Origin: Marsupella aquatica
Taxonomy: Eukaryota > Plantae > Marchantiophyta
Direction: 5' to 3'
Length of the DNA stretch: 64,000 nt
Assembly (NCBI GenBank): GCA_973895155.1
Contig: OZ316893.1
Span: 8,084,963-8,148,962, forward strand
Below the pieces are notes generated by a model. That model was not told the origin of the DNA. It worked only from the letters and a program-made list of their open reading frames with translations, and made no database searches. Both the position numbers and the translations under genes were made by a program. The first letter of the stretch is position 1. Each line of letters begins with the position of its first letter. Below, in pieces: positions 38,101 through 50,300 of the stretch.

Positions 38101-38315
38101 CTGCATCAGCAGCATAAAATGCAACAAGGAAAAATTGACATAACACCACATGTTTTTAGAATAGGACTGTGTGATTGACCAACTTTGAGTGCTCCTTCTC
38201 AAAAGGCATTGGCTGTATCTTAACAAGGATGAACTTTTCCAGCACAAAGAGCAAAGCATAGTGAGAACTTAGTTGATTCATAGCCTATGGAATGTATTGA
38301 TCACAGAAGAATTTA

Positions 38316-40900
38316 TCATGAATGATTGTGTGTCCTCAGAAGAATCTCATAATCTCTACCAAAAGACAGGAACTAATGAATGACTAGGTACGTGGAATGC
38401 AACAATCCATTTATTCTAATATTCTTCTTATGGAAAATGATGATTTTTTGTGTTTCTTTTTTTTGCCTTGAAAGAACCAATTGAATTCTATTCAAAAAGC
38501 CAATATACAAAACAGGGGGCCCAAAAAGGGACACCAGCCCAAAGGACCGAAGGTCCAAGCGCTAAAACCAAGGAGACAGGTACCAGGGAATAAGTTGGGC
38601 CCCCCAAAGGAGGCAACTAAACAAGTAATTTAGAGACTACAATTGGAGCAATAAACTCCTAATGACTGGCCAGTGATCAGGTTCCGGCGGGGTTCCTTCC
38701 AGTGGGTCCATTAGAGAGCAAAAGCTCAATCAGTAAGTCTGCAGTGCAGGTTCCTAACCTGAGACAGGATCGTTGAATCACGGGGGACATGGAGGGATCG
38801 GTGGAACCTGGAGAATTTCATTGTGGATCTCCCAAAGGCCCACCCAGGTGCCGTAATTAAAGGACATCTCATCGCGGGCCTCACCTGGGGTGGTCTTGCC
38901 AACACTAATGCGGACTCTATGACGTGCCCATTCCCTTGGAAGGTAAATTCTGCGTCTGTGACAGGAGTTCTGAATGACCCCCTGCGGGTTAGGTCGGGTG
39001 TGTTCAATGAAGTGTGTGCTTCTGTCCTTCCACAAGTTCCAGCAAATAATAGCCCAAAGGGTATGCCAAAGCTTCACCGGTATATCTCACTTGTCAGGTA
39101 GAGCCGCTCCAACAAAAATGTGTGCGGGCTGCAGGCAAATTGAGTTGCCTCTAGAGAATGCACAAAGCTGGAGAACACATTCCACCCATCTCCAAATGAT
39201 ATGTGACTAATGGCAGCTCCATATGCAGTGAAGGATGTCTTCTTGTTGATCCAGTCCGCATCAGAGGGTGGTAGCGGCGGAAATCTCCAATGTTGTCTTG
39301 CAAGGATCCTGTAAATCAATTGCCACAGGTAGCACTTTTCACCAGCTGCCCGAAAAGGTAACCAAGTATCAGCCCATAGCGTAAGTGGATCAGGTCTCCA
39401 GTTCAATCTGATTCTTCATTTTTGCACCGCTTTGTGAAAGGGTCCAAAAATTGTCCCTTGAGTTTCCCGCAGATGGGCAATGTTGGTGTCCAGAAAGGGA
39501 GGCTTGTCTTTCCATTCATGTTGTAGCAGGGGAGCAAATATTCCCAGAGGTCCGCCGATCCGTTGCTTGAGAATGGGAGCACTCTTGTGTGATCTCACCA
39601 GAACCCGGTGTAAAATGGTTCCGATCAGTGGAGCTGAGTTGGCTGATTTGTAGAGGAGTCAATTTGCCACACTAAAGGTCTGCCTTGGATGTGAAGTATC
39701 ATTGAATCTCTGCCATTGGGTTGTGACCCGATTGCGCTCTATTGGGTATTCCCAAAATAATGGACAGAGTTCCATAGGGCATAATAGCCTCCATAAAAAC
39801 AGGAACCAACTCCTCAGGCTCACCATGCAGCTTTGGTACACTTCTGAGGTTGGCAATAAGCTTACGGTATGCACGGGAGCAATTTCCTGGGTGTATCAAA
39901 ATTTGGGCCCACCTCCCACTCGATGAATTGTCCCTGTACATCCAAACCACCTTGCGTGGAAAGAAATCCAGCCCTGGCTCCTAATTTTCCTCTATGGATT
40001 GTTGCGACATTTGTGAATGTGAATGTGATTGAAGTGAGGATACAGTGAGGAAGATCTTGCCATCCTTCCAAATGTGCAGGGGGTGTGGGACTTAGATTCG
40101 GCATAGATTCTTATTGATGACGTTGCACCCAGTACAAACATTGGTCCACGCCTTCAAACGTTTTTGTGGCACTGTGTGGCACTGTGAGAACACCCAAGAG
40201 AAGTCTTCCCCTCCCCATTTCCGCTTCGAGAGTTGTTTAATCTCATGCTGGAGAATTCTATGCAGTGGGTGATCCCCTTTGGCCAGTGTCCAAGAAATGA
40301 AATTGCCAGCCAATGCCCTAAATTGCACCACCAGCAAGATGAGTCCTAGTCCCCCCAGCCATTTTGGTCTAGTGATAGTAGCGAAGGCAACCCTTGATCG
40401 GGCCTTCTTGTTCTGCCCTGCCCATACAAAGGTAGTGATTTTCTTTTGAAGTGCAGCAAGGGTGTGGAGCTGCCCCATCCAACCCGTAAGCATAAACCAA
40501 AGAGTACTCATGACTAAATGGTTAGCAAACCATGACACGAGCAATAAGGGACTTCTTGTGTTTCCTCACAAAAGAATCTTACCATCTCCATTGAAAGACA
40601 AGAACTCGTGAATGACTGGGGGGACTGCAAACCGTCCCCTAATCCTAACTCCTTGTGATGGAATCATGAGTTTTTGTGTTCCCTCATAGAAGTATCTTAT
40701 CATCTAAACTGAAAGACAATAACTATGTATTGACTTGGGGACTGCATTCAATCCCTTAATTCTAAGATTCTCCTTTTGATGGAATCATGAATGAGTGTCT
40801 TTCCTCATAGAAGAATCTTGTAATCTATACTGAAAAGACAACTTATGAATAACTCAAAGGTAGGCAACCCATGCCTCGTTCTAAATAATATTCTCTTTGT
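38316..40900. repeat. ~120-bp tandem array (4 units) split by a LINE
   Basis: Units tcatga..tgtgt.tcctca..agaatct..atct..aaagaca..aact..gaatgact start near 38316, 38438 (continuing at 40556), 40664 and 40785. Confidence 0.75.
38457..40555 (-). mobile_element. 5'-truncated, degenerate LINE (L1-like ORF2 C-terminus)
   Basis: FVWAG..ARSRVAFATITRPKWLGGLGL, KCYLWQLIYRIL and WNLWKDR motifs. A-rich tail at 38457-38464. 9-bp TSD ttgtgtttc at 38448-38456 and 40556-40564. Confidence 0.85.
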
Positions 40901-41330
40901 GTGATATTCTGCTTCACAATACAAACATAGAGCACATAGAATCCCCATGAATTGTCATAGGATAAGAATTGTCCAATATACAGTACTTTGGGAATCTTGC
41001 ATAGGTAGCTTACAAAACCTTACATGTAGGGCATTCATGACCAGGGATTCCAAAAGGTCAATTTTGACTTGCCAATCTCCACTTCATGTTTTGACTGTCT
41101 GGCATGTACGTGACATAAGAGGACTATGCCATGGCTTACAAACATCAAGACCTTGAGTAACTTCAAATCCAAAATGATGTATCCTTGTAATTCATAATGT
41201 AATGAGCTCTATCATCTCTTCTTAAACACCAAAAAGTCCAAATTTTTCTCAAAAGTACCAAATGTTGGTTTGCTTACAAGCCCAGCCTGCCAACCTTCTA
41301 CTTTCTACAAAATGTATAGAATCGCCCATA

Positions 41331-44300
41331 CTAGTGATCTTTGGAAGGGGTAGAAAACCTACTCGGGGTTTTCTGGGCTTCCACTTGACCAGGAAGTAAT
41401 GGTGAACGAGGAGTAAAATTTTCACCTGGTCCCAGCATTGGACTTGATGGTGGTTGGAGCACTTTTGGGAAGAGAGGGCCTTGAATACTCCCTTGCATAA
41501 GGGTCTAGCACAAAATATTGCACACAGTGATTTAGTGCATTGCTTTGTATCTTTGTATCTATATATATAGCTTAAAAACTGTTCATTTCAAGCATTGCTT
41601 TGTGACCATAATATCCATGAAACTTTTGATCAATCTTAGATCCCTCCTTGTCCCTGATAAAAATCAATGATACCCTTTCAAATTCTAAAACATCATCAAA
41701 GCATAGTGGCTTTAGTGTGTAACAATGGAATTAACAGTCCCTCTTAACTGCCATATTATGTGGTCATATAGGAGGTGGAGAATACCTTTCTAACGTGTTT
41801 TAATCTTGCACGGGCTTCTTTCCTTTCAGTACCCATCTCATACTTGGTGAGAGCCAAAAACTGTCGAGTATGAGCAAGTTGAGACTGACCCACGACTACA
41901 CAAAAAATAAGGAGAAGAATAATTCCTACTAGTACTGCTGGATTGAACAGCCAGCTCAAGGCCATCCACAAGCCTGATGGTGCTTCCTGCATTATCATCG
42001 ATCACATAGTATAAGTACTTCAACTGCAAATCTATCCTCAGTCCTTGTTGATGAGTCAAATGTTAGAGCTGAGTATTCCTTACTCCCTTCTTCACATTAA
42101 AAATGGTCTAACCCCCACTTAAGGCAACTCTTTCTTAGAACAATAGAATCCAAATTGTTATAAGTGGAAAGGACAGATACTTCTTCAAATCTTTTCAATG
42201 TTCTGGGATAGAGGAACAGAGAAGTCATTGGTTCCAAACAAATATATTTCATCCAGGTTTGCATTAGGGTATCCCACTTCTGACCATCTCATCCACTTGA
42301 AATCTAAAATTGTTAATTAGCTCACCTTGATGTATCCACTAATAACTGTATACATTGACCTGTTACTTGGAATTGGCCCACAAAAGCCACTGCTCATTTG
42401 AATGGCACTGAAAACAGCAGGAATGGTGCACAGAACGAGGGCCAAAAATAGCAATCCATATGTAATGTTTGATGTTTGAGATGCGCTGTAAGCCTTTTCA
42501 ACTGGTGCACAAGTCTTGAATAATGCCAACTGCACATGCAACTGTGATTTTCATTCACCTGAACATCTTCACAACAAGATTTTTATCTGTTTGATGTGAA
42601 GAAAACATGTCATATATAGGTATGGATTTTTTACTTACCCACCCGGTCACGTAAGTACTGAATTCCCCCCCCCCCCCCCCGCCCCCCGGAAAACAGATTC
42701 AAATCAATTAGTTATCCCATGCCTTTGACCTGAGCTCCATGTCCTGACTATCTTAGTTGCTTTTAGCACTCCAAGTAGCAGTCCAATTGATTGTAAGGGG
42801 ACAATTCAGTAATTAAACTAGTTATACAGGAAGTCAATGTAGTTTGGAATAAATTTGTGGGTAATTTAAGTAGTTCAAAGCTGAGGTGCTTGTTACTTTG
42901 TGAAACTGAAGAACAGGTGCATAACAAATGAAAGAGATTCCTTACCCTCATAGTGTACCAGGTAATTACATTGGACAAGAATCCAAGGACGGCTGCCAAT
43001 GGACTGAAGCACACTCCAACCCATACAAGAGCTTGAATATATACAATATCAATTGCCATATCTTCTATTAAAAATTGTTGTTTTTTCTGCAGCTTCAACA
43101 CCGTTGTGTTAAGTCGCTATCTGGATCATTATCTAGATCTTTGACCCCATGCAAATCAGATCATGTAGACACACAGGGACAAGGGTCTTCCATGACAACC
43201 ACGTGGCCATGAATGCCAATGCACAAAGGAAGAGTCATTGCATGATTTCATTGGGGACTTAGAGAAAACCTCCCCAAGGGAGCCAGTAGAAGAGAATCAT
43301 GTAGACCATATGCATTTGTTAACAATTCTTAGTTATCGGAGAAATCATGGGATGACACTACTGTCAGTAATTGTTCGATCACTAGTGTGCTTAATGATGT
43401 AATATTTGTTTGGATCTAATAAAAATAGGTTACTGTTTTCGATAAACTTGTTTCATTCAAACTTTGGGAGACAACTGAGTGTGGGAAAAGGGGAATAGGT
43501 ATCCTCCAGCGTTTAGAATGGGAAGTTGGGAATTCATGAGATGAATTGATTGAATAACTTATTCATAGCTAAAATATAATTTATTGAGCCACTAAACATT
43601 TCCTGTAGTCTCTAGAATTAATATTTCAAAGGATTGTAATTCGTTCAAGTAGCTAAAATGTTCATTCTACCTGTCTGCTGACAACATAGTGGTTGCGACT
43701 CTGAAGCTAGTCCAATAATGGATAGAAATAACAGTTCAAAATGTTAAGCATATAGTCTATTAGATCGACATGTGAATGAATGCCAAGGATGTCAACTATA
43801 CAGCGCTAACTTCAAGGCTTGATAACACTTCTAGAGAAGGAAATGAAGAAGTTGGAAACCCCTGAACTCGTCCACACGTAGGTAAATCCATATCCGAGTT
43901 CAGAAACAACTCTGAGCAGCGTAGTTATGGTTATCAAACGTAGCATCTGAGCACCCACTTCATTTTCAGTGCAACCTGGCAAACACATGTTCATCTGCAA
44001 ACTTCTTAATGTGAGCACTTAAGATGTGCATATATGAAGAAATGTCCACAAATGGGTGCATTTCATGTTGTCTTAGTTCTTCAACATATTTTCCACTTGG
44101 AGAGGATTGAAAATGGGATCAATGCACAGTGTGCACAACTTACAAACTATATTCTGAGCTGAGTATAAGTCATAATAGTTTTAGCCATGTAAAACTCACA
44201 TCAGTTTGGGTACATATGTTCCAATCAGTCATATTCACTCTTGTGCAACAAGTGAAGCCTTCACTACAAGTTGATTTTGCAGCACATGCCTTAATAGGAT

Positions 44301-47300
44301 CAGTTCCATTCCTCACAGCATATGTACTTTTAACCATTATATATAGTCTGTCACATATGAAACACAGTTAGCATAGGACCTCAAGATTCTGAAGGATTGT
44401 GGATTCAAAACAGAAAACTGTTGAGAATGTCTGATGTGTAATAACAAATTAGATGATATTCAATCTATTTATGTTGATGTATATGTAATGTAATGTAATG
44501 TAATGTAATGTAATACAGGAGATGTATGAAAGGTGTTAATGTTTTGCTGCAAGTAATCTAAGTGGCCACAAAGAAACAGGTACTTTGTACAAAGTGCTCC
44601 TGAACATTCTTTGCCCTTGTGTGTGAGACCTATATCTGTAGTACACCTAAGTATAGAATCATTTTCTGGTCAGCTTACTGTTCAAGCGAAATTGATTAAT
44701 TGTAGAAATGATATGTAGCTTGACAATAGGGGAGTAAAATGTTTTGGAACTAACCTGGAAAAGAAAGTGCCCACACTCAAAATTCGAACAATGAACAATT
44801 TGGAAAGAATAACCTTTTCAGCTGTTGCTGGTCTGAAACCTTCAATTCCAACTAGTATACGAACAATTGTAGGCATTGCACTATTCAACAACGCTAGCAA
44901 CAGCGATTGAGCATACTGACTTCCTGCCCAAGAAATTGCATTCTTTGCATGAAAATCCCCAGAAATTTTCAATTTCTGTGCAAAACTATGGTTGCTAGCT
45001 TCACTTTGAATTTATTAAAAGATCTAAAACTCCCTCCAGTTATAGATAAGAGTCCACTATACCATACCCAAAAATTTAGAAACCTCAAAACTGGGTTGAG
45101 ATAAGTCTTTGTGGTCTGTCTAGTTGTTGTACATATATTTCATTTTCACTAAACACTCTTGTATGCAAAGTTGTCCAATGATTTGAGTTGAATAGGTAGA
45201 TTTTCTGAGAATTTGGTAATTCAGAGAATATGTACTCCCTTGGTCTGTTCAAAAGGGATGAACAATCATAATGCAATGTATTATTAGATGAGAGAGTACA
45301 CAGCAAGGTTTCAAGCTCACCAATTCTTTGATTGATCTGATCTGCCTTCTTAACCAGTTGCATCACTGCCAGAACATTTGCAGCCACCAAGAGAGGCCAT
45401 AAAATAAAAAGAGCTAGAAATCTCTGCATTGACTTGGGCCAGAGTAGTTAGAGGAAAACCAGTTGCTCTTCCATGAAAAATAATGTGGGAGATCATGATC
45501 ATTACTTGCAAAACGTATTCCCAAAATTCTGTGAGTACGTAGGAGAAGCAAAGATTACGTAGGCATAAGAAATAGCCTTTAATTCAAATCAATGCTTCAG
45601 TATAGATAACAACCTTGATTGACATGCACTTATTTTCATTTGCTGCTAATCCATTAATCCCCCTTGCATCTGCTAACATTTCCTTCAAGTGCATTCGGAT
45701 GCCTTTACGTAGCTTACTTGCTGCCTGCATCTCATTTCATCTCATTTCATTGGGTATTGGAAAGTAGATCACTTGAAGTGTTTGTGTTTGGACACTAAAG
45801 ACAGTGTTGATCTCTTTGAAAATGCTGATTCAGAGTATGTGGTTGGATGATAATTTATGTGTGTCTTTAAAGTGAATCAAAACAGAGATCAAAACCAATG
45901 ATAGATCTCTGTTATTTACCATCCAAATAATAATTTGATAGAGTAATTTGATGGAATTTAAGCGTGCCCAGGAGCATACCTGAACTGATGTTATATGGAA
46001 GTCCCACGAGGTAAACACAAGTGCAGAAAAAGGAAAGAACTTAGATCCCATATTAAAATTGTGGCTGCCACCAACTAGTTTTCCAGCTATTCTGTGTGCA
46101 AAGAATGTATAAAATCTTGATTAATTGGGGAACTTAATTTAGGAAGGATCACAGTACCATCCTATGATCTAAGTAGGATCTGAGAGAGAAATAAGAACTA
46201 TGTTAAAAACAATGCAGTAATATGATTTGGGGGGGGGGGGCATCATTAAGAAACTAATTATTTTACTGGCTGCTGCACGAATTTAATTGCATTCTTGAAA
46301 TAAAAGTAGAGTAGCAGTTGCAACAGGACTTTGAAAGCCTGAATATAAATAAACAGTTTTTAATTAATTTGCCACTAAAGATGTTCTAATTCACAATATT
46401 GCCACTATTTTTTTGTATTTATAAAAATGTCACAATTTCGTATACGGATGACAAGTTTACCAAGGTAACCAGGAGAACTATATATGAAAACCATGATATT
46501 TTTATAAATACAAAAAATAGTGACAATATTAGAAATTCAAACATCTTTAGTGACAATGTCCTTAAAAACTGAATAAAAACAATTGAGACTAATTGCAACA
46601 TATTCAAAACTAACTGGATATCACCAACTTGCACAAATGTTTAAACTCTACATATGTGTATTGCACAGAAACTAACATTAATGTTAAGAATTATTATGGA
46701 TGGGCCATGTTCCGGAAGAGGTTCCCCTCTTACATGCATTTTTGAACCAGAGTTCTTTTTAGGTGTGTAGTTGTGAGAAAGAATTGTGACTAAGGCATGA
46801 TGCGAGAAGTTTCAATTTGGTATGGTATTAAAGATCTAGCAATAAGAGGTACATCTTTTTGTTATGGCAAGCATTTGGTCTTTCAAAAACATTCCATCTC
46901 AAATTTCCCATACGTGACTGTGAGAAGATAAGTGAACTTCGGGAAGGTCAATTACCTCCATAGAGCAGCAAGATAACTAATGAGAAATGTTGCAGCAATC
47001 ATCGCACCATACATATAATCTACTCTATACTTTCCTTCTTGTTCCTGGCGCGTATACTTATATCCTCCATAATAAACAAAAGTTTTGTCCAAGCCTTCAC
47101 CCTACATGAAAGCAGAATTGCAATGATTGTAATTATTATTTGACAGTAAATAAGACACTAGTACATGTTATCGTATAGAAATCTTAATAAGTTTATCTCC
47201 CCAATGTGAGTTCTGGAAGTGTTTACCAACACCTGAAAAAACTTCTCAAACGTGTACAATTTTCTCTCAGGCAGTCCGTCTAGATACACTTCCATTCAAT

Positions 47301-50300
47301 TTTTTTGTTGGTAAACTAGCCACTTAACGGCCTTGTTAATTGATCCTACATGGCAGTAAAAAATGCATGTTCATCCCTGTACTTCTTCAGATATAAAGAT
47401 ATACTAAACTATTTTTTAGACTATCTTTTATGCACCTGGGTTTTTAATATCCTTTGGTGACCCCCCTCGGGAGATTAACTTAGTATATTTTGTGGGATAC
47501 ACACATAAATTTTGACCTAATTAAGATATCATTATTTCCTAACAAGAATATTCTATCACTTTTCATTTTTGAATTTTAACCGACCCATTTTATTTTACAA
47601 AGATATACTGTAAATAACATGCACGATATTGTATTGTAAACCCCTCATCTTACTTATTTTTAGTGAAAATAACATCAATTTTTAGGAATCACAATTCTAC
47701 ATCTACTTGGTAGATATTGATAAAGTTATTTTAAGTTATTACGAGCAGGAGTAGAATTTAAACCTGAATAATATCTTTCCAACCTGCCTTATTTGAAAGG
47801 CTATGGAAGAAAGCAGTCCAGGAGAAAATTCCTGGTGGGTGGATCATGAATGGAATGATCATTACACCCGTCCATACAGCCGCAAGGATCGAATTAAGGA
47901 GAAACACCCATCGAATGAATGCAAATACAAGCATCATGGATGACCCATAGTTATTCTCAATAGTCTTCAAAGATGTCTCCCATAGGTCGAGGAGCTTTGG
48001 CCCCTGCATCGACAACATCATTGTGTATGTATGCACAAGGTGTACAATAATATTGTGTTCTGACTCACCACCTCCAACCCCAAATTCCTTTTCAAAATCC
48101 AAGTATTTTAAAGAATTCCAAGAGTAAATGGAATTAATGAGATTTTTACCATAGGTTATGAAAATAATGCCGTAGATTGCGAGATTTGTGAAGCATGTTT
48201 AGGGACAAGACTAATTATTACAATACTTTAGCCTTCTACTTATATAATGAAGTGGCCAGTGGGAGCTACACATCCCAATATACATTCAACATTACTTTTG
48301 AGCATGATACGAAGACTGATGAGCTTAACAACCAGCTGAGGACTAAAGACAATAATTGTGTTCAAGTGGCATTTACAAGTTTTACCCAATCATTAGTTGT
48401 ATAATGTGTTTTGAGTATGAAGTGAGGTGCTCTCTATGTTAAGCATTTGATCCTGGGTGTACAGTTATTGTGTAACCATAGTTATTCTAACCATAGTCAA
48501 GTACTTGATTAAGATTACATGTGCCACTAGCAATTTGACTTAGCTTGTCATCAAGTGGATGCCAAACAGCAAATATTTGATCAAGTGAGGTCATTGTCCG
48601 ACCCTCATCTAGCATAATTATCTAAAGTAACCATGAACACTACAATCTTGAATTCAGCCATAGGACAGCTTCATTACCTAATTTAAGGTTTAGTGTTTGG
48701 TGGCTAATTGGGGTCCTAGACTAAGACGTTCCTAGTGTTGAGTAAACAACGCCTACTCAAAGATAGCATGTACATGTGCAACATCCAATGAGCGCACAAC
48801 AATCAACACAAGATAAAATTACGTGGTTCATGTCACCAGAGGCTACATTCATGGGAACGCACAAGAAAGCTTCACCAAACTCCGGGCTAAACTCTAGGCC
48901 GTCGGCCGTACTGATTCTCCACAAAACTAAGTTCTCCTAGGTAACTCTTAGACAGTCCGTAACAATGAACCATGTAAGAATATATTACCTTTCCTCTTGA
49001 TCTCCATTCTTCTATTGCAACAATAAACCTACAAACCCGACCACACTGCCAGGTTTCAAACTCCCTCCTTTTTTTGTTTTCTTGTGAGATTTTTGAGAGG
49101 CGAAACCTCACTCTCTCCAAAGTTCCAAGTACCTAACAAAATTCCATCACAACTCTTAATTCCTCAATTAAAGTAATTTTGGGGGAAAGCTCCGTCAAGG
49201 ATGAAAAGTGCACCATTGTGGCCTTCTAAGAGTGGGAGCCAATGTTTTCCATGTCTCCTGTTCGGAAAGTGCCAAATGATTTAAACTTAGTGTACCTCAT
49301 AAATTAGGAATTTGCATATACCTGAGGTGTAATCTCTGCTCATTCAACCTGTCTTGTAATGAAAGAGCTTGGCTGGGTTTATAGCCTACAGTTTATACAG
49401 GGATTTGTAGCAAGTTTACAAAACTCCCCTGAGTGTTCTTTTGTAGCTTGAACTCCAAGTAAACAACACAGTGTTTTTCAAGTATGCAATTGACAACCTT
49501 CATGTGTTTTTCCTTCAATTGCAAAGAGTCTTCACTTGTATGTTGTTGGGGTGCCATAATGCCTGCATAGAATGGCACCAATGTGATAACTTTGACAAAT
49601 GAATGTAAATGTTTTGTAATAGTGGGTTTGAGTGTTCATATATTGTGATCCATTAAGCACTGTTCAACTTAGCAAAAATATATAGAGTCATGATCATTAT
49701 AGTTTGTTGAGCTTTTATTAGGGTCTCCTTTCTTGTATCCCACCACTATTATTCCTCACAACTCACGTGTGCATTATTCCATCGATTTGAATTTGTTTTT
49801 CCAAACTAAGTCAATACAGGAATTTAGGAACAAGGCCACTATCTTGTATACTGGTTGGTGGGGCTAAGCTCAGGAATCAACTGTCTAGCTTCAACCTATC
49901 TACTCACACATTTAAGTTTAATTTGGCAATCAGTCAACGGTGGTGTTATCTAATTTCAACAGTTGGAATTAACTAGAGACTCAAAGTTTACTGTCGGAGC
50001 AGACCAAGTCAGCTTCAAAGTGAGTTCAGTTATGCTGTAGTATTTGGAGGAGGCGTCATCTGAATTGTCAAAAATTTTCTATGAGCTAGTCAATTCACAA
50101 GAGAAGCAAGCTATAACATACTTGATTCTGGAGGTGATGCATTTGGATAGAGTGGATTTGTTGTGAAGGACATGCCTTCAGCTCCTCCTGATGAATGGGA
50201 TTCCTCGGGAGTAGATGATTGCAGGAACGCAGGATAAGGGGAAGGAGGACTAGTTCCAATTAGAGATTGCTGGCCAGTCATGTCAAGAGTGAATTCTTCT

